DNA of 64,000 nucleotides. Origin: Sedimentisphaerales bacterium (GTDB lineage: Bacteria > Planctomycetota > Phycisphaerae > Sedimentisphaerales > Anaerobacaceae). Numbering within the stretch: the stretch's first letter is position 1; every line of letters starts with the position of its first letter. The translations under genes were made by a program, and so were the position numbers. Positions 55,740-64,000 of this stretch are shown one piece after another. The stretch is from contig OY970194.1 of the NCBI GenBank assembly GCA_963708075.1, positions 7,040,001 to 7,104,000 on the forward strand, written 5' to 3'. Below the pieces are notes generated by a model. It saw only the letters and a program-made list of their open reading frames with translations, had not been told where the DNA came from and searched no databases.

Positions 55740-56242
55740 CAGGAAGCCGGGCCGCTGCGATCCAGTATGAATCGAGCCCGTTCCCGGCGGAGCATCTCGT
55801 AGGGCGTCACGCACTTGATGCCAAGGCCGATGCACGCGTCCGGAATCTTGATCTTGCGGCTGGAAGCCGATGGAATTTCGTGTGTCACGATGGTGTGGTC
55901 ACCCGCCTTTGCATGGGCCACGAGATAGTAGTCAGCCACCTGGAGAAATGTGTTTACGGCTGATGGCTCATATCGCTGTCCCGCCGCCCAATTACTGACT
56001 GTGGCCAACGCGGGCAAGACTGTCGTGTCCGGCCGAAGAAAGAATCCCGGGCCTCGGGCTTCGGCCCACCCCGACAACTCATCGGCGATAGCTTGGACCT
56101 CATCGCCCACCTTCTCGATGCTGAACAACTGCCCGGCGGCATTCCTTATGATGAGCCATTCCCAGAAGGCCGGACAGAAGTCGAGACCGTAGTGCAGGTT
56201 CTTCGCGAGAATGAACACGTCTGCGTCGAGGATATAGGCCAT
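55739..56242 (-). CDS. DUF4411 family (PIN-like) protein
   Basis: YILDADVFI.AKNLHYG.DFCPAFWEW, ADYYLVAHA, IVTHE, KIKIPDAC. Confidence 0.92.
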   Translation of the reverse strand: MAYILDADVFILAKNLHYGLDFCPAFWEWLIIRNAAGQLFSIEKVGDEVQAIADELSGWAEARGPGFFLRPDTTVLPALATVSNWAAGQRYEPSAVNTFLQVADYYLVAHAKAGDHTIVTHEIPSASSRKIKIPDACIGLGIKCVTPYEMLRRERARFILDRSGPAS

Positions 56243-57384
56243 CAGATGCGCACCCCCAGGCTCTGCCCAAGATCCCGAAATGTCTCCATCTTCCTGAGGC
56301 CCAGCAGTCGAAAGGCTTCCGTGAAGGAAGACTGGCCCTCCAGTGTACTGACGACCAGGGCCCGGGCAAACCGCTTGCTCGCGCGGGCACCTAGGGTCAG
56401 ATAGAAATCCCCGCCCTTGCTCTTGGCAAGTGCACGCAAGCGGGTAACCTCCTCGTCGTAGGCTTGCTCAAATGTGGCTCGATCGATCCGCTTGGCATCG
56501 AGAATCCTGCGCAGGATCACGAGCGTGCTCACCTTAAACCTTCTGGCGAGCCGTGGCACTGCCGCGAGGGGTTCTTCGCGGTGCAATTCCTGCCTGAGCA
56601 CTTCAAGGGGAACAAGGAACTCGGCGGCGACGCGGTTGCACCAGACCTCAATCTGTTGCGACGGCGTCGATGCGGGGGTCACATCCGAAAGCGCACTTTC
56701 GCCGAGCCAGATGTGAGCGAGTTCATGTGCCAGGGTGAACATCTGGCCGGCTTTCGTATCTGCACCATTGATGAAGACGAGCGGGGCGTAATCGTCCACC
56801 AACGCAAAACCCCTGAATTCATCAATATCAAGCTTTCGCTGGTTGTTGCTGCCCACGACACCGCTACACATGACCAGTACGCCCAGATCGTCGGCCTGCT
56901 CGATGAAGTGACGCAGGGCCTCGGTCCACGTCCCGCAGTCCCGCCGCGCCTCCAGATCGAAATCTAGCGCCTGGCGCATTCGCTCGGCGACCTGTTCGAC
57001 GGGAGCGTCGCGGCGAAGCGAGCCCACGAAGCGCTGAGTCTTGTCTCCGACGGATCGGGCATGATCCCGATACCACGCCTGTCGTTGCTGGCAGAGATAG
57101 ATCGTGTCGAGTAGATTCGGGCTTGGTTGTTCGATCTCTCGGTTCGCTACCGTTCGAAGATCCGGGATGGGAATGCGCTCTTCGGGTGGCTGGGGCAGGA
57201 ATAGATACCCAACCGGCACATAGGTAGCCTTGGCGAAGGCCTCCAACTGCTTGAGTGTCGGCATCGTCTCGCCACGCTCCCAACGATCGTACTTCGGAAA
57301 GCGATTGCGCAGACTATCCACGCTGCGGTCAGCCCGTTCTCTCGCCCATCGCAGAATGTCAGGTTTCACCGTAACGCGGCTCAC
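56242..57384 (-). CDS. XRE-HTH plus ImmA/IrrE-family Zn metallopeptidase
   Basis: ILRWARER...PTLKQLE; EFRGFAL; FTLAHELAHIWL (HExxH); E.WCNRVAAEFL. Confidence 0.93.
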   Translation of the reverse strand: MSRVTVKPDILRWARERADRSVDSLRNRFPKYDRWERGETMPTLKQLEAFAKATYVPVGYLFLPQPPEERIPIPDLRTVANREIEQPSPNLLDTIYLCQQRQAWYRDHARSVGDKTQRFVGSLRRDAPVEQVAERMRQALDFDLEARRDCGTWTEALRHFIEQADDLGVLVMCSGVVGSNNQRKLDIDEFRGFALVDDYAPLVFINGADTKAGQMFTLAHELAHIWLGESALSDVTPASTPSQQIEVWCNRVAAEFLVPLEVLRQELHREEPLAAVPRLARRFKVSTLVILRRILDAKRIDRATFEQAYDEEVTRLRALAKSKGGDFYLTLGARASKRFARALVVSTLEGQSSFTEAFRLLGLRKMETFRDLGQSLGVRI

Positions 57385-57458
57385 ATGCCAGTCTCCTGGT
57401 AAACACCGATCTTACCGGTCACCACTGCCAAAATCAATGCTGTGTGGTATCCTTGGAT
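57381..57458 (-). pseudogene. hsdS: Type I RM specificity subunit HsdS 3' remnant
   Basis: IQGYHTALILAVVTGKIGV...* resembles the HsdS terminus (EYRTALI.AAVTGKIDV); its stop overlaps the ImmA start. Confidence 0.6.
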
Positions 57459-57797
57459 GGCTCCAACACACAATCGAGTCGTCGCAAGACCGCCGATGGC
57501 AGCATGAGTTCCCCCACATTAGCTCGGTCAGCACGCCCCTTGAAGAAGATTTGCTACAGACCATCTGAAAGTCGGATTTCTCACGGACCTTAGTCTCTTC
57601 ACGGGAGAACCAGCAGGTGAACTGTGTGCGGTAGCAGGCCAGAAACGAGCAGATTCGAAGAATCTCCCTACTGTAAGGGCGCCTCCGCGCGCCACTTACG
57701 TCAATCTGCAGGATTCTTCCCAAAAAGTACTTGTGCGCTCGCCAGAATCGCGCTAACCTGGATGCTGACTGATTGTCAGTATTGGAAAGGGCGAAAC

Positions 57798-58085
57798 ATG
57801 ACTCTGGCGATTTGAAAAGTCATTGTGTTGGGATTGATCGGTTCAATCCTTCTGTTGGGTAACATCCTGCTTGTGGCGAACTGGCTGGCTGAGCACGGCG
57901 TGGTGGATTGGGCCCGAGGCATTCGGGCGGAGTACCTGACCGGGACCGCGATCACGATCATCATTGTCCTGCTGATCCTTCTAGTCAGCCCGAGGGCTGG
58001 TGCCCTCATCCGCAGGTGTCCGGTGTGTGACCATGTGCTGGTGAGCAGGGGCAGGTATTGCGGGGAATGTGGGAGCAAGGTATAG
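57798..58085 (+). pseudogene. Small 2-TM protein with C-terminal Zn ribbon; in-frame TGA at codon 6
   Basis: MTLAI*KVIVLGLIGSILLL...CPVC...YCGECG; RBS GGAAAGGG before the ATG at 57798. Confidence 0.6.
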
Positions 58086-58240
58086 TTCCTACGGCAGCAG
58101 GGCTTGTACCTATTTTGTACATGATTTCGTGCGCATGATGCTCAACATGCGCAAAATGCAGATTTGAGGTTGCTCCTTTGATGACAACGACTTACACGTA
58201 AATGCCGATGGCGTAAGATGTTGCGATCTTGCCCGGTAAT

Positions 58241-58285
58241 GAGCCCATAACCCGGAGGTCGGAAGTTCGAATCCTCCCCCCGCTA
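58241..58285 (+). tRNA. 3' half of initiator tRNA-Met (att-site remnant, not a functional tRNA)
   Basis: CCCATAACCCGGAGGTCGGAAGTTCGAATCCTCCCCCCGCTA contains a CAT anticodon loop, T-loop and acceptor 3' strand. The 5' half is missing and the T stem has a mismatch. Confidence 0.8.
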
Positions 58286-58449
58286 TTGAGGCAGCATCTT
58301 CAGGGACAGGTACTTGCGCCCGCAGGGTGCAGAAAATCATCGGTGTGTAACGCAAGCTCTCTCAGGCTATTAGCGTTGGAATCCTCGAACTGCGCGCGGG
58401 ATATGGCACAGTTGTGACCAGTCATGGGCCGGCAACTCGCGAGGCGTTC

Positions 58450-58700
58450 TCTATCGACGGCGGGCGCGTTGGCGTTATCGCCTGGCCGCCCGATAAGCTG
58501 CGGGTGGCTGGCTCCTTCAAGCGTGGCGAGCACACGCTGGAGATCGCTGTCGCTGGCAATCTGAGGAACATGCTGGGGCCGCACTTCAGCGGTGGCCTGC
58601 CCGGCATCTGGAGTTGGCTTTGGGAGGGCCAGAAGCTTCAACCCGCCGCCCACTACAAGCTCTCGCCCTGCGGCCTGAACGTACCGCCCAAACTGGAGGC
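58450..58700 (+). pseudogene. C-terminal beta-sandwich remnant of a large glycoside hydrolase
   Basis: IDGGRVGVIAWPP..L.V......GEHTLEIAVAGNLRNMLGPH...GL; no N-terminal part. Confidence 0.55.
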
Positions 58701-59108
58701 CGGACGGGAGGCGAACGTCAAACGCGCGACCACATCGGACAACTATCCATCTTCAACACGCGTAGTGTGCACATACTCACCCAGGCCTGACGCGAGCGAT
58801 TCCCGGCTGTTAGTTCTGTTATCGACATGAAAGATGTCGGCCGGTACGAATTCGAGCCGGGTACGGTGCTTGCCTCTCATGCATATCTGGTCGCGGCCAA
58901 GGACGCGGTCGCTCTGCAACAGAAGTACCCCGATATCCATGGACGGTGAGACGGCGGTGATCAAGCCCATTCAAGAATTTGCGAAATGACTGGCCGCACT
59001 GCGCATAGATGGTTGGATGGTCAGTACCCGGTGGGCCGGAATCTGCTTGATATATGTGTTTGCGCACCATAGTGTTGTGGCATGTTCGATAGAGAAGGAG
59101 GTCACCCA

Positions 59109-61096
59109 ATGGTCACGAAACGAACACATGTCCGGTACATCGCGCTGGCCGGCATTCTCCTGGCTCTCATTCTCGCCCAGTCTGGATCCGCACAACAGGC
59201 CGACCGGGTGCAATGGTCCCATCTTTCCAGCACAAAGGGCCAGGTCCCGCCACCCGACGTCGGACGGCAGGTAGCCACGTTGATCCTCGATATCGACAAA
59301 GATGGCGTCAATGACTTTGTGGTCGCCAGCTATGAGAAGATCGCGTGGTTTCGTCGCTCGGTCGAGGGCTGGACGAGGAATGTTGTGGAGAATGGCGCCA
59401 CGGGAGTGCGCCTCGAAGCGGGCGGCGATTTCCTTGATATTGATGGCGACGGTGACTTGGATATCCTGGAGGGGGCCCAGTCGAAGGCCGGTGAAATCTG
59501 GTGGTGGGAGAACCCTTACCCCAGTTTCCAGGCCGACACGCCCTGGAAGCGTCACCAGGTCATCGCTGTGGGCGGCACGCACCACGACCAGATCTTCGGT
59601 GATTTCGACGGGGACGGAAAGACCGAACTGGCCTTCTGGTACAACGAAGGCATGCAATTGTTCCTGGCGGAGATCCCGACTGACCCGACAAAGCCGTGGC
59701 CGGTCACGCCCATCGCTCAACTCGGCGCCGGCAAGCAGCGGCCGGAGGGGTTCGCCAGGATCGACATCAATGGGGATGGAAAGCTTGACATCGTGGGCGG
59801 GGGCCACTGGTTCGAGCACATCGAGAGCACGACGTTCAAAACTCATCCGGTGGATGATGAGTACCGGTTCACCCGCTCGGCAGCAGGCGACCTGATTGAA
59901 GGCGGCTGGCCGGAAATCGTCATCAGCTCGGGTGATGGCGTGGGACCGCTGGCCCTTTACGAGCACAAGGACGGCCAGTGGAACAAACGCGTGCTTATCG
60001 AGCGCGTGGATCATGGCCATACTCTCCAGATCGCCGACATTGACCGCGACGGGCACTCGGACATATACACCGGTGAGATGTACAACCCTGGCGCCGGGGC
60101 CAGTTGCCGGCAATGGGTCCTTTACGGCGATGGAAAAGGCCAGTTCCAGACCCAATTGATCTCCACAGGCATCGGCAGTCACGAATCGCGAACCGGAGAT
60201 TTGGATGGGGACGGCGATATGGACATTCTGCAGAAGGACTTTCAGCAGGACCGGCGGGTGGATGTCTGGCTCAACAACGGCGCGCGCCCGGCGCTCGCGG
60301 CGTCGGCACCAGCGCCGGCTTCAAAGGCCCGGTTGGGCTTCAGCTTTACAGCCTTCGGGACATCTTCAAGGACAACGTGCCGCTGGGACTTCAGCTCACT
60401 CGCAACTTTGGCTTCGTGGAAGTCGAATTGGCCGGGACGTACGGATTGACGCCGGCGCAGTTCCGCCGGAGGCTCCAATGGTACGGTCTCAAACCGGTCG
60501 GCGGACACTGGTCCTACGAGCAATGGGAGAAGAACCCCGAGGCCGCGGTGAAGGAAGCCAAGGAGTTGAGCTTGCCCTATGCAGGCTGTGCGTGGATCCC
60601 TCACGAGGGCCCGTTCGACGAAGCCGCCTGCCGTCGTGCGGCGGCTGTCTTCAACAACGCGGGCAAAGTGGCGGCCGCACAGGGGATCAAGTTCTATTAT
60701 CACAATCATGGTTATGAATTCGTCCCGCACGGGGACGGTACGCTCTTCGATTTGCTGGTGAAGGAGACGAAGCCCGGCTTGGTCACTTTCCAGATGGATG
60801 TGTTCTGGACCGTGCATCCGGGCCAGGACCCGGTCGAGCTCCTGCGGCGCTATCCCGACCGCTGGGAGCTATTCCACATCAAGGATTTGAAGAAGGGCGT
60901 GCAGACGGGCAAGCTGACCGGCTCGGAGGATGTCCGCAATGACGTAGCGCTGGGCACGGGCCAGATCGACCTGGCCAGGATTCTGCGCGTTGCACAGGAG
61001 TTGGGAATCAAGCACTATTTCATCGAAGACGAGTCACCAACCGTCATCGAACAAATCCCACAGAGCCTACGATTCCTCGAATCGCTCTCGTGGTAA
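59109..61096 (+). CDS. FG-GAP/VCBS repeat protein fused to a sugar-phosphate isomerase/epimerase TIM barrel; frameshift near 60290
   Basis: DIDGDGDLDI-type repeats to ~60280, then in another frame FKGPVGLQLYSLR, YHNH.YEF, QMDVFW, HIKD, IEDE with no convincing own start. Confidence 0.8.
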
Positions 61097-61109
61097 TGGG
61101 AACCATCCA

Positions 61110-62627
61110 ATGAGGACTGCACACATGAGATCCTTTCTGATCATGCTGATCGTTTGCGCTGGTCTGGCCATTATCCCGAAGGACGCACTCGCCGCGGATC
61201 GGATGCCGGACACATCGAAGATGAATGTCCTGTTTATTATCGCCGAGGATTGGAGTGCGAACACGCCGGGCTGCTACGGCAATCCCATCTGCAAGACCCC
61301 GAATCTGGACCGTTTCGCCACCAGCGCTATTCGTTTCGACTCGGCGTACGTGCAGGCCGTCTGCTGCAATCCGTCCCGCAGCTCGTTCCTCACCGGATTG
61401 CGTCCGCTCACCAGCCGGGTCTGGAACAATGGTCAGGAGATGGACAAAAGCCTGCCGCCCAATACGGTCACTCTGCCGGAGTTGCTGAAGAAGAAAGGCT
61501 TCTACACCGCCGTCATCGGCAAGTTCTTCCACACGGTGGAATACGCCGAGAAGCAATTGCTCGCCTTCGACCGAATCGAAAGTTACGGCAAGCCCCCGGG
61601 ATGGGAAGGGCCCGGTCCTATCCTGACGTTCCCACCGGTCAAACGCGCCCAGAAAGACCCCGCTCCCAAGGACAAAAACAGCAGAGCCTACCGCGAGTGG
61701 CGCGTCCGCAATTCCGACCGCTACGGCGATTCGGGCCTGGAGCCTGAAGAAGAAGGTGACTATCGTAATGCGCAAATTGCCTGTGCGTTGCTGAAGGAAT
61801 TCGCGCAGACGAAAAAGCAGTTCTTCCTTTCGGTCCATCAATCGCGTCCGCACACGCCGCTCATCGCGCCGAAGAAGTACATCGACATGTACGACCCGGC
61901 GAAGATCCCCGATCCGCCCGCGCCGCCTAAGGTGGAGGGCAGCCTCTACCGTCGCCGCGTGACCGTTGGCAACCCGGATATCTTCATGAGGCAGCAGCCG
62001 ACGCCGCAGCAGGTCAAGGAGGCAATCGCCGCTTACTACGCCTGCGTGAGCTTCGTGGATAATAATATCGGTATGGTTCTCGACGAGTTGGAGAGGCAGG
62101 GCCTCGCCGGCAACACGATTGTCTTCATCATGGGCGACCACGGTTTCCATCTGGGCGATCATGGTTTCTGGTCCAAATATTCGATGCTCGAGGCCACACG
62201 GCGGGCACCGTTGTGGGTGCGTGTGCCGGGTGCGCCGGGCAATGGCCAGGTCTGCCGCGAGTTCGTGGAATTCGTGGACTTCCTGCCCACTGTCGGCGAG
62301 CTCGTGGGCCTTGACTTGCCCACCAATCTGGAGGGACTGAGCTTCTCGCCACTGCTGACCAATCCAAGCCGGCCCTGGAAGAAAGCCGTGTTCATGGTGG
62401 AGAACGAAAACAACCAGGTCGTGCGAAGCCGCAAGTTCAGTTACCTGGCGTTCCAGAAGGGGCCGGTCCCTGCGGCGCTATTCGACCTGGAGAAGGACCC
62501 GTGGGAGACAGTCAACCTCGCGGACGACCCGGCCTATGCAAAGACGCGGCAGGACATGGCTGAACTGCTGAAGGCCGGCTGGAAAGCGGCGCTACCCGAC
62601 CAAGCCGCCGCAAAGCCAAAAGAATGA
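61110..62627 (+). CDS. Sulfatase (formylglycine-dependent, IDS-like)
   Basis: CNPSRSSFLTG (CxPxR), GKFFH, PHTP, GDHGFHLGDHG.W.K. Confidence 0.95.
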   Translation: MRTAHMRSFLIMLIVCAGLAIIPKDALAADRMPDTSKMNVLFIIAEDWSANTPGCYGNPICKTPNLDRFATSAIRFDSAYVQAVCCNPSRSSFLTGLRPLTSRVWNNGQEMDKSLPPNTVTLPELLKKKGFYTAVIGKFFHTVEYAEKQLLAFDRIESYGKPPGWEGPGPILTFPPVKRAQKDPAPKDKNSRAYREWRVRNSDRYGDSGLEPEEEGDYRNAQIACALLKEFAQTKKQFFLSVHQSRPHTPLIAPKKYIDMYDPAKIPDPPAPPKVEGSLYRRRVTVGNPDIFMRQQPTPQQVKEAIAAYYACVSFVDNNIGMVLDELERQGLAGNTIVFIMGDHGFHLGDHGFWSKYSMLEATRRAPLWVRVPGAPGNGQVCREFVEFVDFLPTVGELVGLDLPTNLEGLSFSPLLTNPSRPWKKAVFMVENENNQVVRSRKFSYLAFQKGPVPAALFDLEKDPWETVNLADDPAYAKTRQDMAELLKAGWKAALPDQAAAKPKE

Positions 62628-62724
62628 CGGCTGCCTATGGGTGGCCGGCCATCGACCAAGGGGCATAGACCACAAATGACAATGCAGGGTTCCGCGTTTG
62701 GGATCCTTTCAGGGGAGGACCACG

Positions 62725-63903
62725 ATGAGGCGTCCGAGTCGTTGTTTGAACAAGTCACTGCTGCTTTGGCTGGTCTTGACGATCATCGGCATTATGGATG
62801 CCGCGGCGGCGGATGGTAATCGCGCGACTGCTTTCCAGTGGATAAGGTCGAGCCCGGAAGATCAGGGGATGGACGGGCCTGGACTGGAGGAGATGAGGAG
62901 GTCCCTGGCCGACCACGGTACGAAAGGACTGCTTGTCATCCGGAACGACAGGATCGTGTGCGAGTGGTACCAGGAGGGGCACGGAGCAGACAAGCAGCAC
63001 TACACGGCGTCGATGGCCAAGGCGGTCGTGGGCGGCGCGTCGCTGGCTGTGGCCGTCAGCGATGGTCTGATCGCACTGGATGATCCTGCCGCCAAATTCG
63101 TGCCTCAGTGGAGAAGTGATCCACGCAAGTCGAAGATCACCATTCGCCATCTTGGCTCGCACACCTCGGGCATCGAGGATGCAGAAGCAGATGGCCTGCC
63201 GCACGATAAGCTCACCGGCTGGAAGGGCGATTTCTGGAAGCGTCTCGATCCGCCTCAGGATCCCTTCAGCCTCTCACGTGACGCCGCTCCGATGCTCTTT
63301 GAGCCCGGCGAGAAGATGCAATACAGTAATCCCGGTATCGCGATGCTGACCTACTGCGTCACGGCCGCGCTGCGGGATGCGTCGCACAAAGATATTCGCA
63401 CGCTGTTGCGTGAGCGCGTGATGCGGCCTATCGGGGTGGCGGATGCGGACTGGTCTGTCGGTTATGGCAGCACCTATACAGTGGATGGCTTACCCTTGGT
63501 CGGCTCCTGGGGCGGCGGCGGGTACACCGCTCGGGCAGCGGCACGCGTGGGCCGGCTCATGCTGCGCGAAGGCGATTGGGAAGGCAAACAACTCATCAGC
63601 CGCGAGGCAGTGAGGCTCGTCACTCGGGACGCAGGCACGCCGGGCAATTGTGGCATCGGCTGGTGGAGCAACAACGATGGTTCGTACCCCGAGCTGCCGA
63701 AGGACGCATTCTGGGGCTCCGGCGCGGGTCATCAAATCCTCCTGGTTATCCCCAGCCTGGATCTCATCGCCGTCCGCAACGGTGGGGATTTGGAAACGGC
63801 CGCCACCGAGCCCGGCCGCTTTCATAGTCCGGTGCGCCGGTACCTGTTCGGACCGCTGACGGAAGCGGTGCGACAGCCGGCACAAGAAAGGAGAGAAAAA
63901 TGA
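62725..63903 (+). CDS. Serine hydrolase (beta-lactamase class C-like)
   Basis: ASMAK (SxxK), HLGSHTSG, PGE..QYSN. Confidence 0.9.
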   Translation: MRRPSRCLNKSLLLWLVLTIIGIMDAAAADGNRATAFQWIRSSPEDQGMDGPGLEEMRRSLADHGTKGLLVIRNDRIVCEWYQEGHGADKQHYTASMAKAVVGGASLAVAVSDGLIALDDPAAKFVPQWRSDPRKSKITIRHLGSHTSGIEDAEADGLPHDKLTGWKGDFWKRLDPPQDPFSLSRDAAPMLFEPGEKMQYSNPGIAMLTYCVTAALRDASHKDIRTLLRERVMRPIGVADADWSVGYGSTYTVDGLPLVGSWGGGGYTARAAARVGRLMLREGDWEGKQLISREAVRLVTRDAGTPGNCGIGWWSNNDGSYPELPKDAFWGSGAGHQILLVIPSLDLIAVRNGGDLETAATEPGRFHSPVRRYLFGPLTEAVRQPAQERREK

Positions 63904-64000
63904 AGGCTGTGTCCTTCTGGCTTTTGGCTGTGCTGTTAACCCTCATCGGCGGTCCCGTCATTCGTGCGGCCGCCGAGCAAAAGCAGGCGCGAGCGGTGCC
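63900..64000 (+). CDS. Secreted protein, truncated by the window end
   Basis: RBS AAGGAG; MKAVSFWLLAVLLTLIGG signal peptide; ATGA overlap with the previous gene. Confidence 0.6.
   Translation, partial: MKAVSFWLLAVLLTLIGGPVIRAAAEQKQARAV

Overview
A roughly 60% GC bacterial window, most likely from a Planctomycetota (Phycisphaerae-like) genome. This is inferred from the ECF-sigma/Ser-Thr kinase pair, prepilin-type proteins, PQQ-like propellers and CotH/lamin-tail protein. Layout: (1) 0.3-25.2 kb is a co-oriented run headed by an ECF sigma and kinase, encoding secreted proteins, with a lower-GC hydrolase block containing an IS630 insertion. (2) 25.5-26.9 kb holds mobile-element debris. (3) 27.2-36.5 kb is a convergent hemicellulose esterase/arabinofuranosidase block. 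(4) 36.7-40.0 kb is an array of small orphan genes. (5) 40.5-52.2 kb is an ECF/FecR-headed arabinoxylan locus (GH95, GH43, DUF1593, GH62, GH10). (6) 52.7-58.3 kb is a decayed integrative element (Cdc6-like fragment, two RepB/ParB genes, an hsdR-recombinase chimera, ImmA plus DUF4411) ending in a 3' tRNA-Met fragment. (7) 59-64 kb encodes FG-GAP/isomerase, sulfatase and serine hydrolase genes. The most interesting signals are a three-copy structured ~90-nt intergenic element with orphan gene-tail and gene-head remnants (a mosaic, shuffled operon), a circularly permuted malectin domain bracketed by in-frame direct repeats, and a shared ECF-type promoter motif. Many +1 frameshifts look like sequencing errors. 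All family calls are from motif recognition by eye; no searches were run.
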